Source of the DNA: Bispira polyomma
Lineage: Eukaryota
Direction: 5' to 3'
Length of the DNA stretch: 64,000 bases
NCBI GenBank assembly: GCA_965649765.1
Contig: OZ287750.1
Span: 76,012,001-76,076,000, forward strand
A program made the position numbers and the translations under genes. The notes beneath the pieces were generated by a model. That model was not told the DNA's origin. It worked only from the letters and a program-made list of their open reading frames with translations, and did no database searches. Position 1 is the stretch's first letter; each line of letters begins with the position of its first letter. Below are positions 15,205 through 30,200 of this stretch, one piece after another.

Positions 15205-18200
15205 GTAGGATTGAATGTTGACACTAGGGCTGTGAACAGGTAATCAGTCGCCATATTGACAGAGTGGTTTCTGATATTGGTTAATACTAAATGCCCGGCT
15301 ACCCATTTTCAAGGTGGTTAGACGTTTGCGCTTACTCAGGTCGCAGTTTTGGTACCTGCCACATCCCTAGTCCAAACTGTTGTGTTACTTTGTGTACATC
15401 TGTAGGTTTATAAGAAACCAAGAGTCTCATCATCAGACAATATGAGTGCAGTTAGCCATGTTGTTTGTGTAATTAACATAATACAGGCTGGGTTCTTTCA
15501 AATATAATAACGTTCAAGAAAACTTAAATATTGAGTGTCTTGCAGTCTTATTACACAAAAGCTAAGCAGGTAACCATGTTTTGTTTATCAGTAGTTGTAT
15601 AAACTGTTCATATTCCTGAATCTCTTTTGATATGTATTATATGTATAAAATTATAAATCAATGTAATGATGTTGTCAAAATGTACAGAAATGTTTGTTAG
15701 TTTTAAAATCTGAACTTTTGTTTTACAAATTTAATTTCTTTGGGAAAATGAAATATATTTAAGTTGTGATATGTTTATTTATGTGTAATATCTCTCCACT
15801 GTTATTACAGCCTTCTGTTCAGATAGTTAGCTTTAGAAGATCAGATAACTCTGTAAGCCAATTTGGAGAAAATCAGAAAGCACAATGGAAGCCAGATTCC
15901 AGCATGATAGCACTTACAGTAAGCACCTCTTATTTAACTCTGTTACAAATAGATGCCATAGATGCCAACACATTGTAGTATACTTGTCATTGCTTAAGTA
16001 TTAAGAAAATATGATATCTTCTATGTGTCTCATTAGAGGAACTCTATAATTTCTGTAAATATTTATTGTAAAAGTGAATGTAAAAAAAAGAATTGTTTGG
16101 GATAAAATGAAGAAATGGCCAAAAGTCAAAGACCATTTAAAACGAGTCATATGAGATGTGTATTTTGAAAATAGATTCGAATAATAGACTTACTTGTGTA
16201 TCTATAATAATTTTTAATATTATCTAATATCTATTGTCATTATTAAAATTTATCCCTATTTCTTTTATGTTTTTATTGTAGACATCCAAGGGATACATCA
16301 TTTTCTTCCGACTTGAGGTTGAAACCAAAGCCAAAAGTACTAACCTGTTTGTACAACATGAAGATAGGTGAGACAAAGGGATTCTACCATTGTGCTAAAA
16401 TTGAGAGCTGTGTACGAGTAATCAAGGCTTGTCGCACACAAGGCTGTTTTTACCACTGCTCGAGTGCATTATCTTTTCAACTGTATTCCTAAAAAAATAT
16501 TGGGTTTTCACTACTGCCATTCCGAGTCAGAACGCATTGGGCGATAATTGAAGCAAATATTGAGTCGTGCAATTAATCACTTGGGTTGCACACATGTAAA
16601 CCCAAAACAAATAAAAACTCCAAAATCACCCTACATCATATCTTTAGCTTAATAACTGACAAAATAGTACTCGATTTTTAAATAGATTTGAGTTACATGA
16701 CCTGCCATATTGCTGGACTGGTTTCTGAGATTGGATCATACTAAATGCGTAGGTACCTGAATTCAAGGTTGTTAGGTGTCAGTGATTACTCAGGTTTTTT
16801 GGCTAATTCGCCAATTCGCTCCACAAATGTGATGCTCGATCTTGTCAAACTACAGCTGATCCCAGCACGAGTTATTACTCAAAAATTTATACATTCTAAA
16901 TCCACATTTTCTGCCCAATAATATGGATACCCATCTAAATTTTTATATAATATTCATTAATTTATTATATATTTAATGCTGTCGCATAACATATTGACTT
17001 TTTTTTCTCTCAAAACTTTTATTTCTGGATGCTGAAGAAGTACTCAAATTCGGGGCAAGCTTCAGTCCTCAGGCCCATATTTTTGTACCGGCCCCACTTC
17101 TGTTCAACTTACTGTTTAGTTCTTAAATCCACATACTACACAGCTGGTGTTGAAGATGGCCAATGTTTGACCTGTCACACTTAAAAATTTACACCAGCAT
17201 TCTGTTGCTTCAGAGCTGTCATTGTCGAGGATAATGCACATAGAATATTTAGAAAATTTGATTGCTGTATGTTGATCAGGTTATTGTGTCTGTTAGGTTA
17301 TGTCAAATATTTGTAAATAATAACAAAATAATTGTTGTTATTATAGGGGTAAATACCTTTTATATAAAGATAATACCTTTATTTTAACAGTATACAAGAA
17401 GCTTATTGTTAAATCCTTTTGTAGAAAACCTGTGAAGAATGACCCTGCTGATATTGGTGCTGAGACTATCCCAGCTCTACACTTACAACAGACAGCTTAT
17501 ATACAGGTGGCTGGAGGTGTACACAGGTAAGGCTGTAATACTATATACAGTGAACCCAAAGGGACCTCTATTTAAGCGGGATTTAAACTTGACAGAGTAG
17601 ATTTTAATAGGGAAGGCTCTTGTGGGACTGAGAAGTTTTTGTCCACATAAAAAAGGAATGGACTTTACAGAGTCCCACTTAAAAGAGGTTTAACTGTCTA
17701 TACATTCATACAGGTGATTAAGGCTGTAAAGAGGCTGAGTATATGATACAGTAAAAACTCTGTTATCCGAACTTCTATTATCTGAATTATTATCATTTTT
17801 ATAAGCATATTTTTACTCTCACAAAATTATCTCTTTTGCTATTGTTTTGCACTAAAATGCATCTTCCAGTTTATGAAACCTCCTATTGTGCGAACAAATT
17901 CTTACTCTCCCAACATGTTCAGGTATTAGAGGTTCTCAACTGTATACAATACATACATATATACAGATGATTGAAGTTTTTCGGGACTAATTCTTAGAAA
18001 CTGTCAATTTGAGGGAGTTCATTTTGTGGTACAAATATTACTTAGGGGCTGTAGTTGACATGGTAACATCATGGTATGATTTCACCTGACAGCTGACATC
18101 TCAGATGCTATTTCATTATGGGAAAACTCTGTGGAGAAGGCTGTAAGAGGAGGGGTTTGCTTTGAGGTTGTTATTAAAAGTCTATGTTTGATTTGTACAT

Positions 18201-21200
18201 GTAATATATACAAGAAACTGACATAAATACATAAAACATGAAAAAACCTATTAAAAAAAAAACAAAAACAATAGAACTGATTTTTCACCTACTTTAAACA
18301 CTAATTTTTTTAGACACCAAAAGTAAGTTCTCTACTTGTTACAATTAATGATTTTGTCATTCCAGATGGTTTCAACATTAAATATTGTTACAGCTTATTG
18401 CATGTGTCTTGCAGCTGCTTGTAGTGAATTGGTTCTCTGGCTAATGGGTATTGGTTTCATAAATTATAGCAACATTTCAACTGATTTTCTACTTTGTGAC
18501 AATTTAAAATTAGGTCAAAACTGACAATTTCACCCTTTGGTAAGTAAATATTTACAAAAATGTGAAGATTCTCCCAATAAATCATGAAGGACTTCAGTAG
18601 CCAATTACAGTTCAAATCCTTTCAGTTGTAAAAAGACTATGATTTTCGCCACTTCCTCAATGATGTTTGGCTTTAGAAGATGCATGACATCAATTGTTGG
18701 CATCAAAATCTATATCATATTATAAATTAAACCACAAGTAACCCCGGAAGGAAGTCTCCTCTACTAAATCAGGATTTTCACTGAACAGGGTAGATTTTAA
18801 CAAGAACAGCACTTGTTGAACCCTTTCAAATCAAACTTCAAGTAACCAAGAGTAACACCTCTACTTCAGCAGAAATTCCATTTAGTAATGTGGATTTAAA
18901 AAATAAGGGCCTTTGTGGGACTACAGTTTTTTTCCACAATCGACACTAATTGACAGAGTTCTACTTTAAAGGGGTTTAACTGGAAAGTCAAATCAGTCTT
19001 TAAGTATTTGTCATATGTTCGCCAGCTTAACAAAAAATAGTTTCCAGTTAGATTAAATACTATCACAGATACCCCACCAGCATATTTTTGTCGATAGTTA
19101 TACTGTGTTAGAATTTGCTTTGGTATTGATTCTGGGTCTGTTGAATAAAAAATCAGATTGCTGTCATTGCGATCTTCTTAAAAGGAGGTTGTTAATATGC
19201 TCATTTAGGGAGAAATCCATGACAGATAAAATCATCAAATGTTTGTTAATACATGTATACCAATGTGTAGTGAAACCTGTGTTATCCAAACCCCTTGGGA
19301 GAATATGTTTTTATGTGGGTAATAGAATGCTCACAACTAAAGGGAGGTATTTTTTTGGTGTTAAAATAGGTGGAAAATATTTGAATCATGCAAGAACAAG
19401 ATTATGTTTGGAAAATAGAAGGTGCACTAAATCAAAGAAACATTTTAAGGAAAACCCTTATTATCCAAACTTCTATTATCTGAATTTTGCATTTGATTAA
19501 CACTTTCACTCTCCCAAATTTGCATTTTCCTGTTTGTTTTATACTGAAGTGCCTCTTTTATTTTGCTAACTTTCGATTTATCCAAACAAAGTCTATTGCT
19601 CTCCCAACATGTTTGGATAACAGTCACTAGTATACAAATTATAGGTCAATAGAAAAACTTTAACTCCAGAGAGTAGAAATGCTTTTATAAAATGGCATAT
19701 TCTGAAACGCAAGGCGGGATTATAGAGGTTTTGAGTTATACTAAATAGAAAACACCTCAACCTGTCAATTGAGGCCTTATCCCACTTTCACGATCTTGGT
19801 TACTAATGACTGCCGCGAAATCTAGAAGTGACCAACAATTCGCACTGGTCATAACCTGGTCGGAATTGTTTTTGAGACGACTTCAGCGATCGTGCAAGGT
19901 GCATTCTCAATTGACTCAACTCGAGGTAGTTTTTTGTGTGTTCTTTGTCACGATCTTAAAATAAGCGATGGTCCAGAGACTGGCTTGTAGGTTGAGTTGA
20001 GTATATGCATTGCTTTATCTATAGAATCAAGGAGGGCTAGGGGGTCTACTTAGATAATCATAGGGCAAATGATACATGCAGCCAACATGACAGAGGTGAA
20101 CTATTGTCTTAACTATTGTGCGATCCTTGCCAGGACAATTATTATTATTATGAATTTTCAATGCGCTTTATTGATGCTTGGCATCTTCTAAAGCGCAACC
20201 ACAGAATCATTGATCCAATCGTAAAATCAATGAGCATAGCAAAGTCGTAAAGAAGGAAGTGGGAGAAAATGCATGGTCAACTCATCCCCGGTGATTTACA
20301 AATGACCTCCCTTGCTGTGAGCAACCTATTGCGGTCAATTTGTTTTGAAACTAAATGGTTGCACACCAGTTTGCCACGGCTGCGCACAGAAAGGAGGGAA
20401 TAGGACAGCCGCCAGACACGACCTTGGCATTTTCAAACTTATTCTAAACTTGATCACTAGGCGAATACCAGCAATCTACATAATTTAAGCTGTGTTCCGT
20501 GATCTAATGTCAAATTGGCCGAAGTGGGACCTAAGCTTAAGTTCTTAGCTTGACTATTGAACTGGCACCCTGAAATGCTTGACAGAGTTTGATTTGTCCT
20601 CTGTGTGTATTTCCTTTAAATGAAGCTTAGGATGACTGAATGTTCTCTGAATTGTTTGTTCTCTTGTCTTGTTCACAGTGATTTACTCTTAGGTAGTCAG
20701 TATTGATTTTGATTGAGTCATAAATTTTACACATGCAGTATCTGTTGTTTGGTTTTTCTCTCTCTGTTATTAAGGACAGATTTATTGGTGTTCCACTTTT
20801 TCAGGGCTATGTTGATTTAAATTGCTCAAGGACTACATTTGAGTTGCAAAGCATCAATGACTTGATCTAATTTTGACATTTGTCCTTAAGTAATGACCTT
20901 GACAAAATAAGATATTTTTTATTTTTTTAATCTTTATATCAGTAACTAATATGCTGTCACCTAAACAGGGTTTTAATAAAATAAAAACAGTTTTGTTTGT
21001 CGTGTCTGTTTAATAAAAACAGTCAAGGTTTAATTGAATTTTCAAATAAGGAGACAACTCGTCAGAAGCACAGTTGCTAAATAAATTAAATTTGCACTAA
21101 GCCAGTCTCGCTGAAATATACCTTGTGTTAAAGTTCCTTTAAAGCATAGCTGTCTAATGTATTTTGAAGGTGTAATTTTAATGACAGAAGATCAAAACAT

Positions 21201-24200
21201 TTTGTTGTAGGTACTGGCTTCTGTATCAATTATGATTGACGAGTGTAGTTTTTCATTGATTATTTCTACACCTTGGGTTTCAGTGTTTTAAGACATCAAA
21301 GCCACTGAAATGAGTTGTGCAAACTGAGCCATTTTTGTTGTTTAAACCAGATAGTTTTACTGGAAATCATTTTTTATAAGGTGCAGCCCGTTGGAAAAGC
21401 GTCTTATTGGATTAGTTGGAAGCAATTGACCCGGCCAAACTGAGCAGTGTCAGATTGATATTATCAGACACAGCCTGATCTTGCCGCCATGTTAGAAATA
21501 ATATAAAAGGCCTTCATGGATTGGTTACAAACTGATAGCTGTTCATCACAAAGTGCTCCAATGTCCTTTTTAAAAGATGACTCTTGTTTACAATAGCTGA
21601 AGCTCATTTCAGAAAATAATCAAACTAATTTGTTGTGATACATACTGTTTCAACAAGATTGCTTTTTTTTTTCGCTGATTAGCTCTGAATATTGAAAAGT
21701 CATTCATAGAGAGAATTTGTATTAAGTTGTTGTTTTTTTCAGTTAAAAGGGATCAGTCATGAAATAAGTAACAGTGCAATTGTAAGAATTTGTCCGTGCT
21801 TTAAAAAGATTCTTTGTGTATAGAAAAATCTCCATATCGTCCAGTCATGTCGGGAGAAAGCATTGTTTTGTTTTATAATTATAATATTATGCATAAAATA
21901 GAAGAGGCATTTTTTCAGTACAAAACAATACGAAAATATGAACTTGGTGGTATGAAATTGTGGTAACAAAATTGAATAGAGTAGACTCTGTATAACCAAA
22001 AACCTCTAATATTCACAGGATTTGGTTCGAGTTATAGCTAACTTACAAATATACCTACACAACTACAGCATTTTCTGATATTGGGACCTCAAAACCGGTT
22101 TCACTTATCTCTACAATCTTCGTCTTCGTAAAATAGAAGTCCAGATAATAGAGGTAATCACAGTCTCATTAAGATAAGTTTTAATGAAACTAAACACTGG
22201 GTTAGAGGGCGTGGCTTCTATAAATTTAACACTAAACTACTTGAGGACAGAGAATTTATTGAAAAGGTAAATAAAAAATTGGCAGATTTATATGAACAAA
22301 GCATAGACTTTAACAACAAAGCTTTATTTTGGGATTTTGTGAAATGTGAAATAAGAGGGCTTTCTATATCACATTCATCTTATACTGCTAGGATAAGAAA
22401 GCAACAAGAATTGAAACTCCAAAGTGACCTAAATAGACTTGAACAAGAAATATGTCAAACGCCCAGTCCCGATATATTACATGAATATAATGAAACAAAA
22501 TCTGCATTGAATGATATTTATGATAATAAAGCAAAAGGTTCCATCATTAGATCAAGGGCAAAAGACCTCTGCGAAAATGAGAAGAACAGCAAATATTTTC
22601 TAAATTTAGAAAAACAAAATTATAAGCGAAAATGTATTAAACGGTTAATCACTGACAAAGGACACATAACTGAAGAAAATGAAATCCTTAGTGAAGAACA
22701 AAAATTTTATCAAGGTCTCTATAGTGAAAACAAATCAAGTAAAACCTCTGATGAGATAAGCAGTATAGCAAATCAGTTTTTGAATAACCATAATATAAAA
22801 AAGTTAGATGAAGCTCAGAGAAATCTCTGTGATGCTGACATAACAATAGAGGAATGTGGTAAAGCTCTTCAGTCCCTATCCAATAACAAATCTCCAGGAT
22901 GTGATGGTTTGCCAACTGAATTTTACAAATTTTTTTGGAGTAAAATAAAACTTTTTGTACTTGCCAGTTTTAAGTGGTCTATTGCTAACAAAATGTTGTC
23001 TGCTGATCAAAAGCGAGGTGTAATAACCCTTGTACCCAAAAAAGATAAAGATATATGCCATTTAAACAATTGGCGACCAATCAGTGTTTTAAACACTGAC
23101 TATAAAATTCTGACCAAACTTTCTGCCTTACGGTTACAGTCGGTCTTAAACACCATAATAAGTCCAGACCAGGTTGGTTACATTAAAGGTAGATTTATCG
23201 GTGAAAATGTGCGAAGTATTAAAGATATTATGGACTACTGCCATTTTTTTAAGAAATCTGGCCTCATTGCACCAATAGATTTCGAAAAAGCCTTTGATTC
23301 TGTAAGTTGGTCTTTTCTATTTAATTGCCTAAAGGCTTTTACTTTTGGTACTAAATTTGTTTCTCTTGTTCAGATGCTATATACGGACATTGAAAGTTGT
23401 GTCACAAATAATGGGAAATCATCTATGTTCTTTAAACTGCATCGCGGAATAAGACAAGGATGTTGCCTTAGTGCTTTACTATTCATTATTGTAGTCGAAG
23501 TTTTGGCAAACGACATCAGAAACAACCAAAACATAAATGGTATAGTCATTGACAATGTAACTTATAAGATATCCCAATTAGCTGATGACACTACTCTTTT
23601 CTTGAACAACCAAGAGTCCCTACGTTATGCCTTTGACCGACTGGATCTTTTTGGTACTTGCTCTGGGCTAAAACTGAATAGATCAAAAACTGAGCTGATA
23701 CCTCTTGACAACAACATAATAAAAGACAAAGGACTAAATGTAAATTGGAATACTGGACCATTTAAAACATTGGGTGTATGGTTTTCAAAGGTAGACGCGG
23801 AGATGACTAATTTAAATCTTGCTCCTAAAATAGCACAAATTCAAAAAACCATCAATATATGGTCCAATCTCTCTCTTAGCCTCAAGGGTAAAATCACTAT
23901 CATTAAAAGTTTGATAATAAGTCAAATCATTAATATTTGCAGCATGACCTATATACCTGAAAGGTTCATTAATGATATTGATAAGATGTTATTTTCTTTT
24001 TTATGGGGTATAGATAAAAGGCCTAAGGTCAAAAGAGATGTCATAACTAATACAATTTCTCAGGGAGGTTTAAAAATGGTGGATTTCAAAAACTTAGTTT
24101 ATGCAATAAAAGCAATGTGGATCAAAAGACTTCTCTGTAGCCAATCCACCACATATATCAACAAGTGGAAATGCATTGCTTCTAAAATATGTGATATTGA

Positions 24201-27200
24201 TGATAAAAATATATTGTTGCATAAATTAAATCCTAAAAACCTCTGCTTCCCAATATGGTGCAGTAACTTTTACAAGCAAACTTTGCAATGTTGGTTTACT
24301 TTCTATTCGATAGAGCCCAAAACATATCAAGAAATATTGCAAGAAAAACTTTAGAATAATAGCTTCATTATTGTGGGAGGTAAGCCATTAGGTAAAAGAT
24401 TTGACATCTTTAAAAATTTTAACATTATTACTATAGGCCAGATTGTAGAAAATGATGAGTTCATGTCAAGATTAAGCATAGAAAGAAAGTTTAAATGTCA
24501 CATACCGATAATGTTATTTAATTCTCTGCTCAGTTCAATTCCGAATAATTGGAAGTCTGTCATACGTGCCAATATGAAACCAGTCATTCGTCAATCATAT
24601 GACATTCCACATGTTAAGAAGAATATTTCAAATGTAACAAATAAAGAAATTTATGGGAGTCTAACCTTTTCACCATGTATTCCAACATGTATAAACAAAT
24701 GGGTCGAATATTACCCTTTCTTAGAAACTTTTGACTGGTTTCAAATTTTTGAGTTGCCATGTATTATTTGTTATGAACCTAGGCTACAAAGTTTCCAATA
24801 TAGTATTTTGCATAGATTTGTCACTTGTAATTATAACTTATTTTTATGGAAACAAGTTGAATCTCCAAATTGTGACATGTGCACGCAAATTGATACTGTT
24901 GAACATTGTTATTATTATTGTGAAGTGGTTAAATGTTTTTGGTCTAGAATTCAAAGCCTTGTCTATGAAGCCTTTAAGTGTAAAATTAATTTCTTTGTAC
25001 TGGAGGTTCTTTTTGGTATACCATGTGATAAAAATACATCTTTTAGCATTATCAATTTTGTTATTCTTTATGCCAAATGGTTTATTTACCTCTGTAGGAA
25101 AAATAATGCAAGTATAATTTTTAACCATTTTATTTCAAAATTGAATAAAAGAATTGATACTGAGTTAGTAACAGTGGAAAACAGTAATATTTTATGCAAT
25201 AAAGAGATTGTAACCAATCTTTGAAATATCTTATACTCAAAATGTCACTCATAGAATGAAACATGTATGTTGCAAGATATCATAGTACATGATAATCTAG
25301 TGTTTTCTAATTGATAAAGTATTTGTAATTATGTTCATGTACATCTTTTTACAGTACACATTGTAAGTCTCTGCGTATTCTCCTGTCTCTGACAGAAATT
25401 ATAGATATGAGTAACATCTATCTTTGTCAAATATTACCCGAAGGAAGTAAGGAATAATATTTTATATAAAGATATATATGATATTCAACACTTGAGTTAG
25501 TTCTAGGGATGTTGTTGTTTTAGCCGTACTGAGATATTTTTGTAAGAGCTGAGGCAATTCCTAAGTCTTGTTCAAGGCTCATGTTTGTAAGACAGCCTAG
25601 CTCAACTTCAGTGTGAGAAATAGCCACTCATCCACTAGCCACCCACCTAGAAAATATTGTGGACTAGTGAAGTTAAATTTAATTCTCCCACAATGTTGAG
25701 TTTGTTTTCTGTATTTTTAAAGGTTTAAAAAACTAAAAACATAATTTTTTGCTGTATTTTAATTTTTTAACTGCATTTTATTAAAGTTACTGATTTTAGT
25801 ACATATACCTATTGGTTTTTGGTATTTGTAGAACATTTTTTAAAATTTGTACCTTACATGTACATTTTTTCTTGTGATACTGATTTTATACAAGAAATGT
25901 ATGACAGATTTTGTTGACAACACTGCATTTGTGCACTTAAGTGAAAATTTTGGTGGGCGAGTTTACTTTCAGGCTCTCTACCCACTTGGCGAGTGTACTC
26001 AAAAATCTAAATTGTGTTTCGTACTCTGAACTTAGCTGTTTAGTGTAATAGAAACTGACACCGTAGGCAAGGCTAGCTGATCTTGTCCATATAAATGTGA
26101 ATGCGGTGGGACATAAGGGCATGGATATATAATTATAATATTAATATTATGCTAGTGTGTTTGAAGGTTTTTTTGGCATCTGTGGCTGCTATTTTTAGTA
26201 CCAATGGAAACATTTGGATCCTGAAATGATTAATCTGACGTTATTTTCTGAAGTTACACCTAATATTTTTTAATATGACAATTTTTTTTTTTTGACACAA
26301 AAATCACCATCATTGACTTTTACTGCTGTCACACATCACAGCCTGTGTCATATTTGATGTGTAATAACCAGTCAGCATCATCATTTACATGTTTATGAAA
26401 TCATGTAAATGATACAAGGTCAGCTTTATCCCCATCTAAAGCTCGTTGTCTGTGGCACTAGACAACATCTGTTTAATGTTGTTGCATTTGTGTGTAACTC
26501 CATTAATTTGGATTACGACTCAGTCATAATGGACCAGTCCAAATAATGAACTAGTCCGCTGAGCCGCACTGGCCAATCACAGCACAGCACTGCCTATATA
26601 AACGGCCGCACGTGGTGATTAGCTTCATTATTTGAAATATATTGAAGAATATTTAGTGGGAGGTATCTCCTGGTGTATTTTATAAAGAATAACTCCATTA
26701 ACGGAGATAGTTTTATACCGCGTGATGCATGGGGACAATATGGCTACACTAGACACTAGTGTGAGTAAAGCTGGCGCAAGTGGTAAGGCATTTTGTAAAA
26801 AATGTGAGATTGATCATGAACGTCCGGTCGGGTCTAAATGTAGTAAAAAGAACATGGCTGCAATAGGTAAGATCACGGATCGGAAGGAGGTTGGACGCCA
26901 AGATCACGTTGTGACTAACGAGACCTCGGTGGAACAGACGAAACACAGTGATACTGTCATGGCTGCATTGTTGACAACCATACAGAATTTCGGGGAGAAA
27001 TTAGGATCTGTGGAGCAAAAGATGGTAGACATGGCAGCCCGCGTGGACAAGCCACGCACGCTTACTGATAAGAGGCACAGCAAGAGCGTGAACGAGCCTG
27101 GGGAGGGAGATCATAGAGAGAAAAGGAATAGACATAAACAGTTAATAGACGATAGTGAGCCTTTATTTGTGGAAGAGCAAAGCCAGGTGATGACAGGGAC

Positions 27201-30200
27201 TTCGGAATACAGAGTTAAACAGACTTTTAGTGATACGGCTGTTGTCATTAAGGACTCGCATGGGAAATCTTGCAAAACACACACCCAAAGGAAAGAAGAC
27301 CAAACCACGGGAGGAGACAGTGATAGCCGAAGTTAATGAGATGCTGCCAGTCACATAACCAGTGTATTCCCAAGACACGCAGATCTCACAGCAAGGCGAG
27401 ATCTCGTTGAACTATGCGGCCACGCCGGCACATAGGCCCATGTACCAACAGCCACAACATAACGTGGGCTGGGGGAGAATGACACAGAGTGCTATGCCAA
27501 GCCAGATCACGGGAGACGACAAGATTCAGCGAGATGCTAATTATAACACGGTCCTGCCATATATGGACCAGCATGGTGCACCGGTTCACGTGCATGGCAA
27601 GGTGAATACATCAGCAGCACTAGGGAGAGCACCAGAAAGCACTTGGTCAGGGACAGTGCCTACACCAGCAACAGTAACGTCAACTCTCGCGGGAACTACA
27701 TGGGGAGCACCAGAGGTGACACAGGCCGTTGGAGATTCCTTGGAAGCACTGCGCAACAACCCGAACGTGGACGAGAAGATTGCTGCCCTCGAGGCCAGGA
27801 TGCGTACAGAGCTGCAACAAGGTACGAAACGCAAAAAGAGTGGTAGGTTTAACACCACCGACAAGCCAAGTCAGATAGCCAGTCTTCGATGGCCTAATGA
27901 GGCTTGTCTGATAGGCCCTAACAGGAAGAGAACCACCTTTGATGAACTTACTTTGGGACAATTTGTTATAGGGAGCATTAGGAATGCATTGGATACCACA
28001 AGGCTGATGTTGGGGGAATTGTTGGAGACGGTCCAGTTAGCTGAAAATTTATCTTGGCTTATTGCAAAAGGAGCCTTTGCTGCATCCATGCATCAAGTCG
28101 AAGAGGAGAAGCTAGAATGGTCCAACATGCGAGCTTGGGGAGAAAATCGAATGACATTTTCTCAGAGTGCAGTTTTCAGTGGCTCAGTTACCATCCAGCA
28201 GAAATCGCAGGTACCAGGGTCACCAAGTACGCAAACGAAGGCGAAAAAAGTTACCTGTAAGTACTTCAACGAAACCACGTGTGTGCATCAGCAGGACCAC
28301 CTGGACCAATCAGGAACTACGATGTTTAGGCATATTTGTATTTACTGCTTCAGAGCTTTGAGGCGTGAAAATGCCCATTCTGAGAGTAACTGCAACAACA
28401 ACAAGAAGACAGTAGGACATGACTAGGGGCATCGGGGCTGTAGCATCGTTGGAACCCAGGGACGTTATTTAAATACATGTGGTGGTGGTAATTCACGGGC
28501 CAGTCACGGCCCGAACCAAATTGACTCTCATCTCGTGCGTTCGCACATATGTTGCCTAGCTGATTTGGCTTGTCGGCAGCAGTGGCAACTCGTCACGCAA
28601 CAATTACAGGCTTTCCATGGGAAAAGCTCATTTAAAAACTTTAAAGATTTAAAAATACAGCAGTATGTGGGCTTGCCAGTGTTTAGGTGTCCATGTACAC
28701 GAGTGGAGGAGGTTACTCCCTGGACGACAGACTCAGTTGTTAGTTTAAATGAAAACAGACATGTTAACGTAGTTAAGGAGAGTAATTGTGTAGACTCTGA
28801 ACAAGACTCTAATGGTAACTTATGTAAGAGTAATAAACATAGTTCTGTTGTAGACAAGCAAAAGTGGGTTAAAGTTAACCAGGAACAACACTTGGTGACA
28901 GTAAGTCAACATATGCAGAAAATTAAACAAGTTTCATTTGACAGGCAATTGGGTTTTGTATCAGTAGCAACTCACTCCTCTCAGAGGGGATGTAATGAAA
29001 AGTATGACTCGCGAGATCCCGTTCAGTATGAACAGACTATCGAGAGAATTTTAGAATCAGGAGTACCAAACCATATGGGGGAACGCATTCTCTTGCACTC
29101 AAGTTTTAATTTGAAATATTGGGAACAGCATATTGAGGGTTTTTATGATAACATACTTTGGGATCTCGTGAGATTTGGTTTCCCACTGGGTATTGACCAT
29201 AGTAAGATTATTAACTCTCATGAAGGGGATAACCATTCTTCAGCTAGACAGTTCCCTGAAGCAGTCAATAAGTATCTCAACGTAGAGATGGGGCATAAGG
29301 CAATTATTGGTCCGTTTTCTAAACCACCTCATAACAACTTTACCTGTGCTCCTCTCATGACCAGGCCTAAGGACACTGATCAGAGAAGGGTGATTCTTGA
29401 CTTGACCTTTGGGGATTGCTCTGTCAATAATGCCACAGAAAGGAATCAGTACGAAGGACACCCATATAAACTGAGATTACCCACATTAGATCAATTGGTC
29501 CCACATCTCGTGAGACTTGGAGGGGAGGCCAGGTTACTGAAGATAGATATTTCTAGGGCATTTAGGAATGTGAGAGTTGACCCACGAGATGCAGTTCATT
29601 TAGGCATTCATTGGGAGGGGAAATATTTTCTGGACCAAAGTTTGGCATTTGGGACAGTTAATGGTACGGCCATTTTCCAACATATTTCAGATTTTGTTAG
29701 GTATCTTATGAACAAACAAGGTTACCAAGTTTATAACTATATAGACGACATATATGCATGTATACATGCAGATGATGCACAGGACGCTTATGACAGTCTC
29801 TTGGAGATTATAACGGGACTTGGATTACCTATTAACCCCAGTAAGGCAGTCTCCCCCACGAAAGAGTTGACAATTTTAGGGATAACAATTAATGTAGAAG
29901 GAACTTTTAGGATAGACAAAAACAAATTGGACGAGATTTGGCAGACATGTAAGGAGAGTTTACTTTTAACGAGAGTTTCCATCTCCCAACTACAGTCATT
30001 ACTGGGCAAATTTTTGTACGTTTCTAGGTGTGTACCGGGTTCACGTGATTTCTTGAATCGTTTGTTAGGGCTGCTAAGGCAACACAGAGATGATAGGCAT
30101 TTAAGCCTGATGATGGTTATTATTTGGACGTGGCTTGGTTTGTGAAGTTTCTTCCACGCTTTAATGGGGTGGTGTTCTTTAAGCGGGAACAAGAGAGGCA

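Noticed and set aside
17495-17980. Possible ghost duplicates of the exon 4 donor region (tacaggtgattaaggctgtaa at ~17709; tatatacagatgattgaag at ~17958)
   Set aside because: Matches are short and interrupted by MITEs, too weak to count as a sixth junction amplification.
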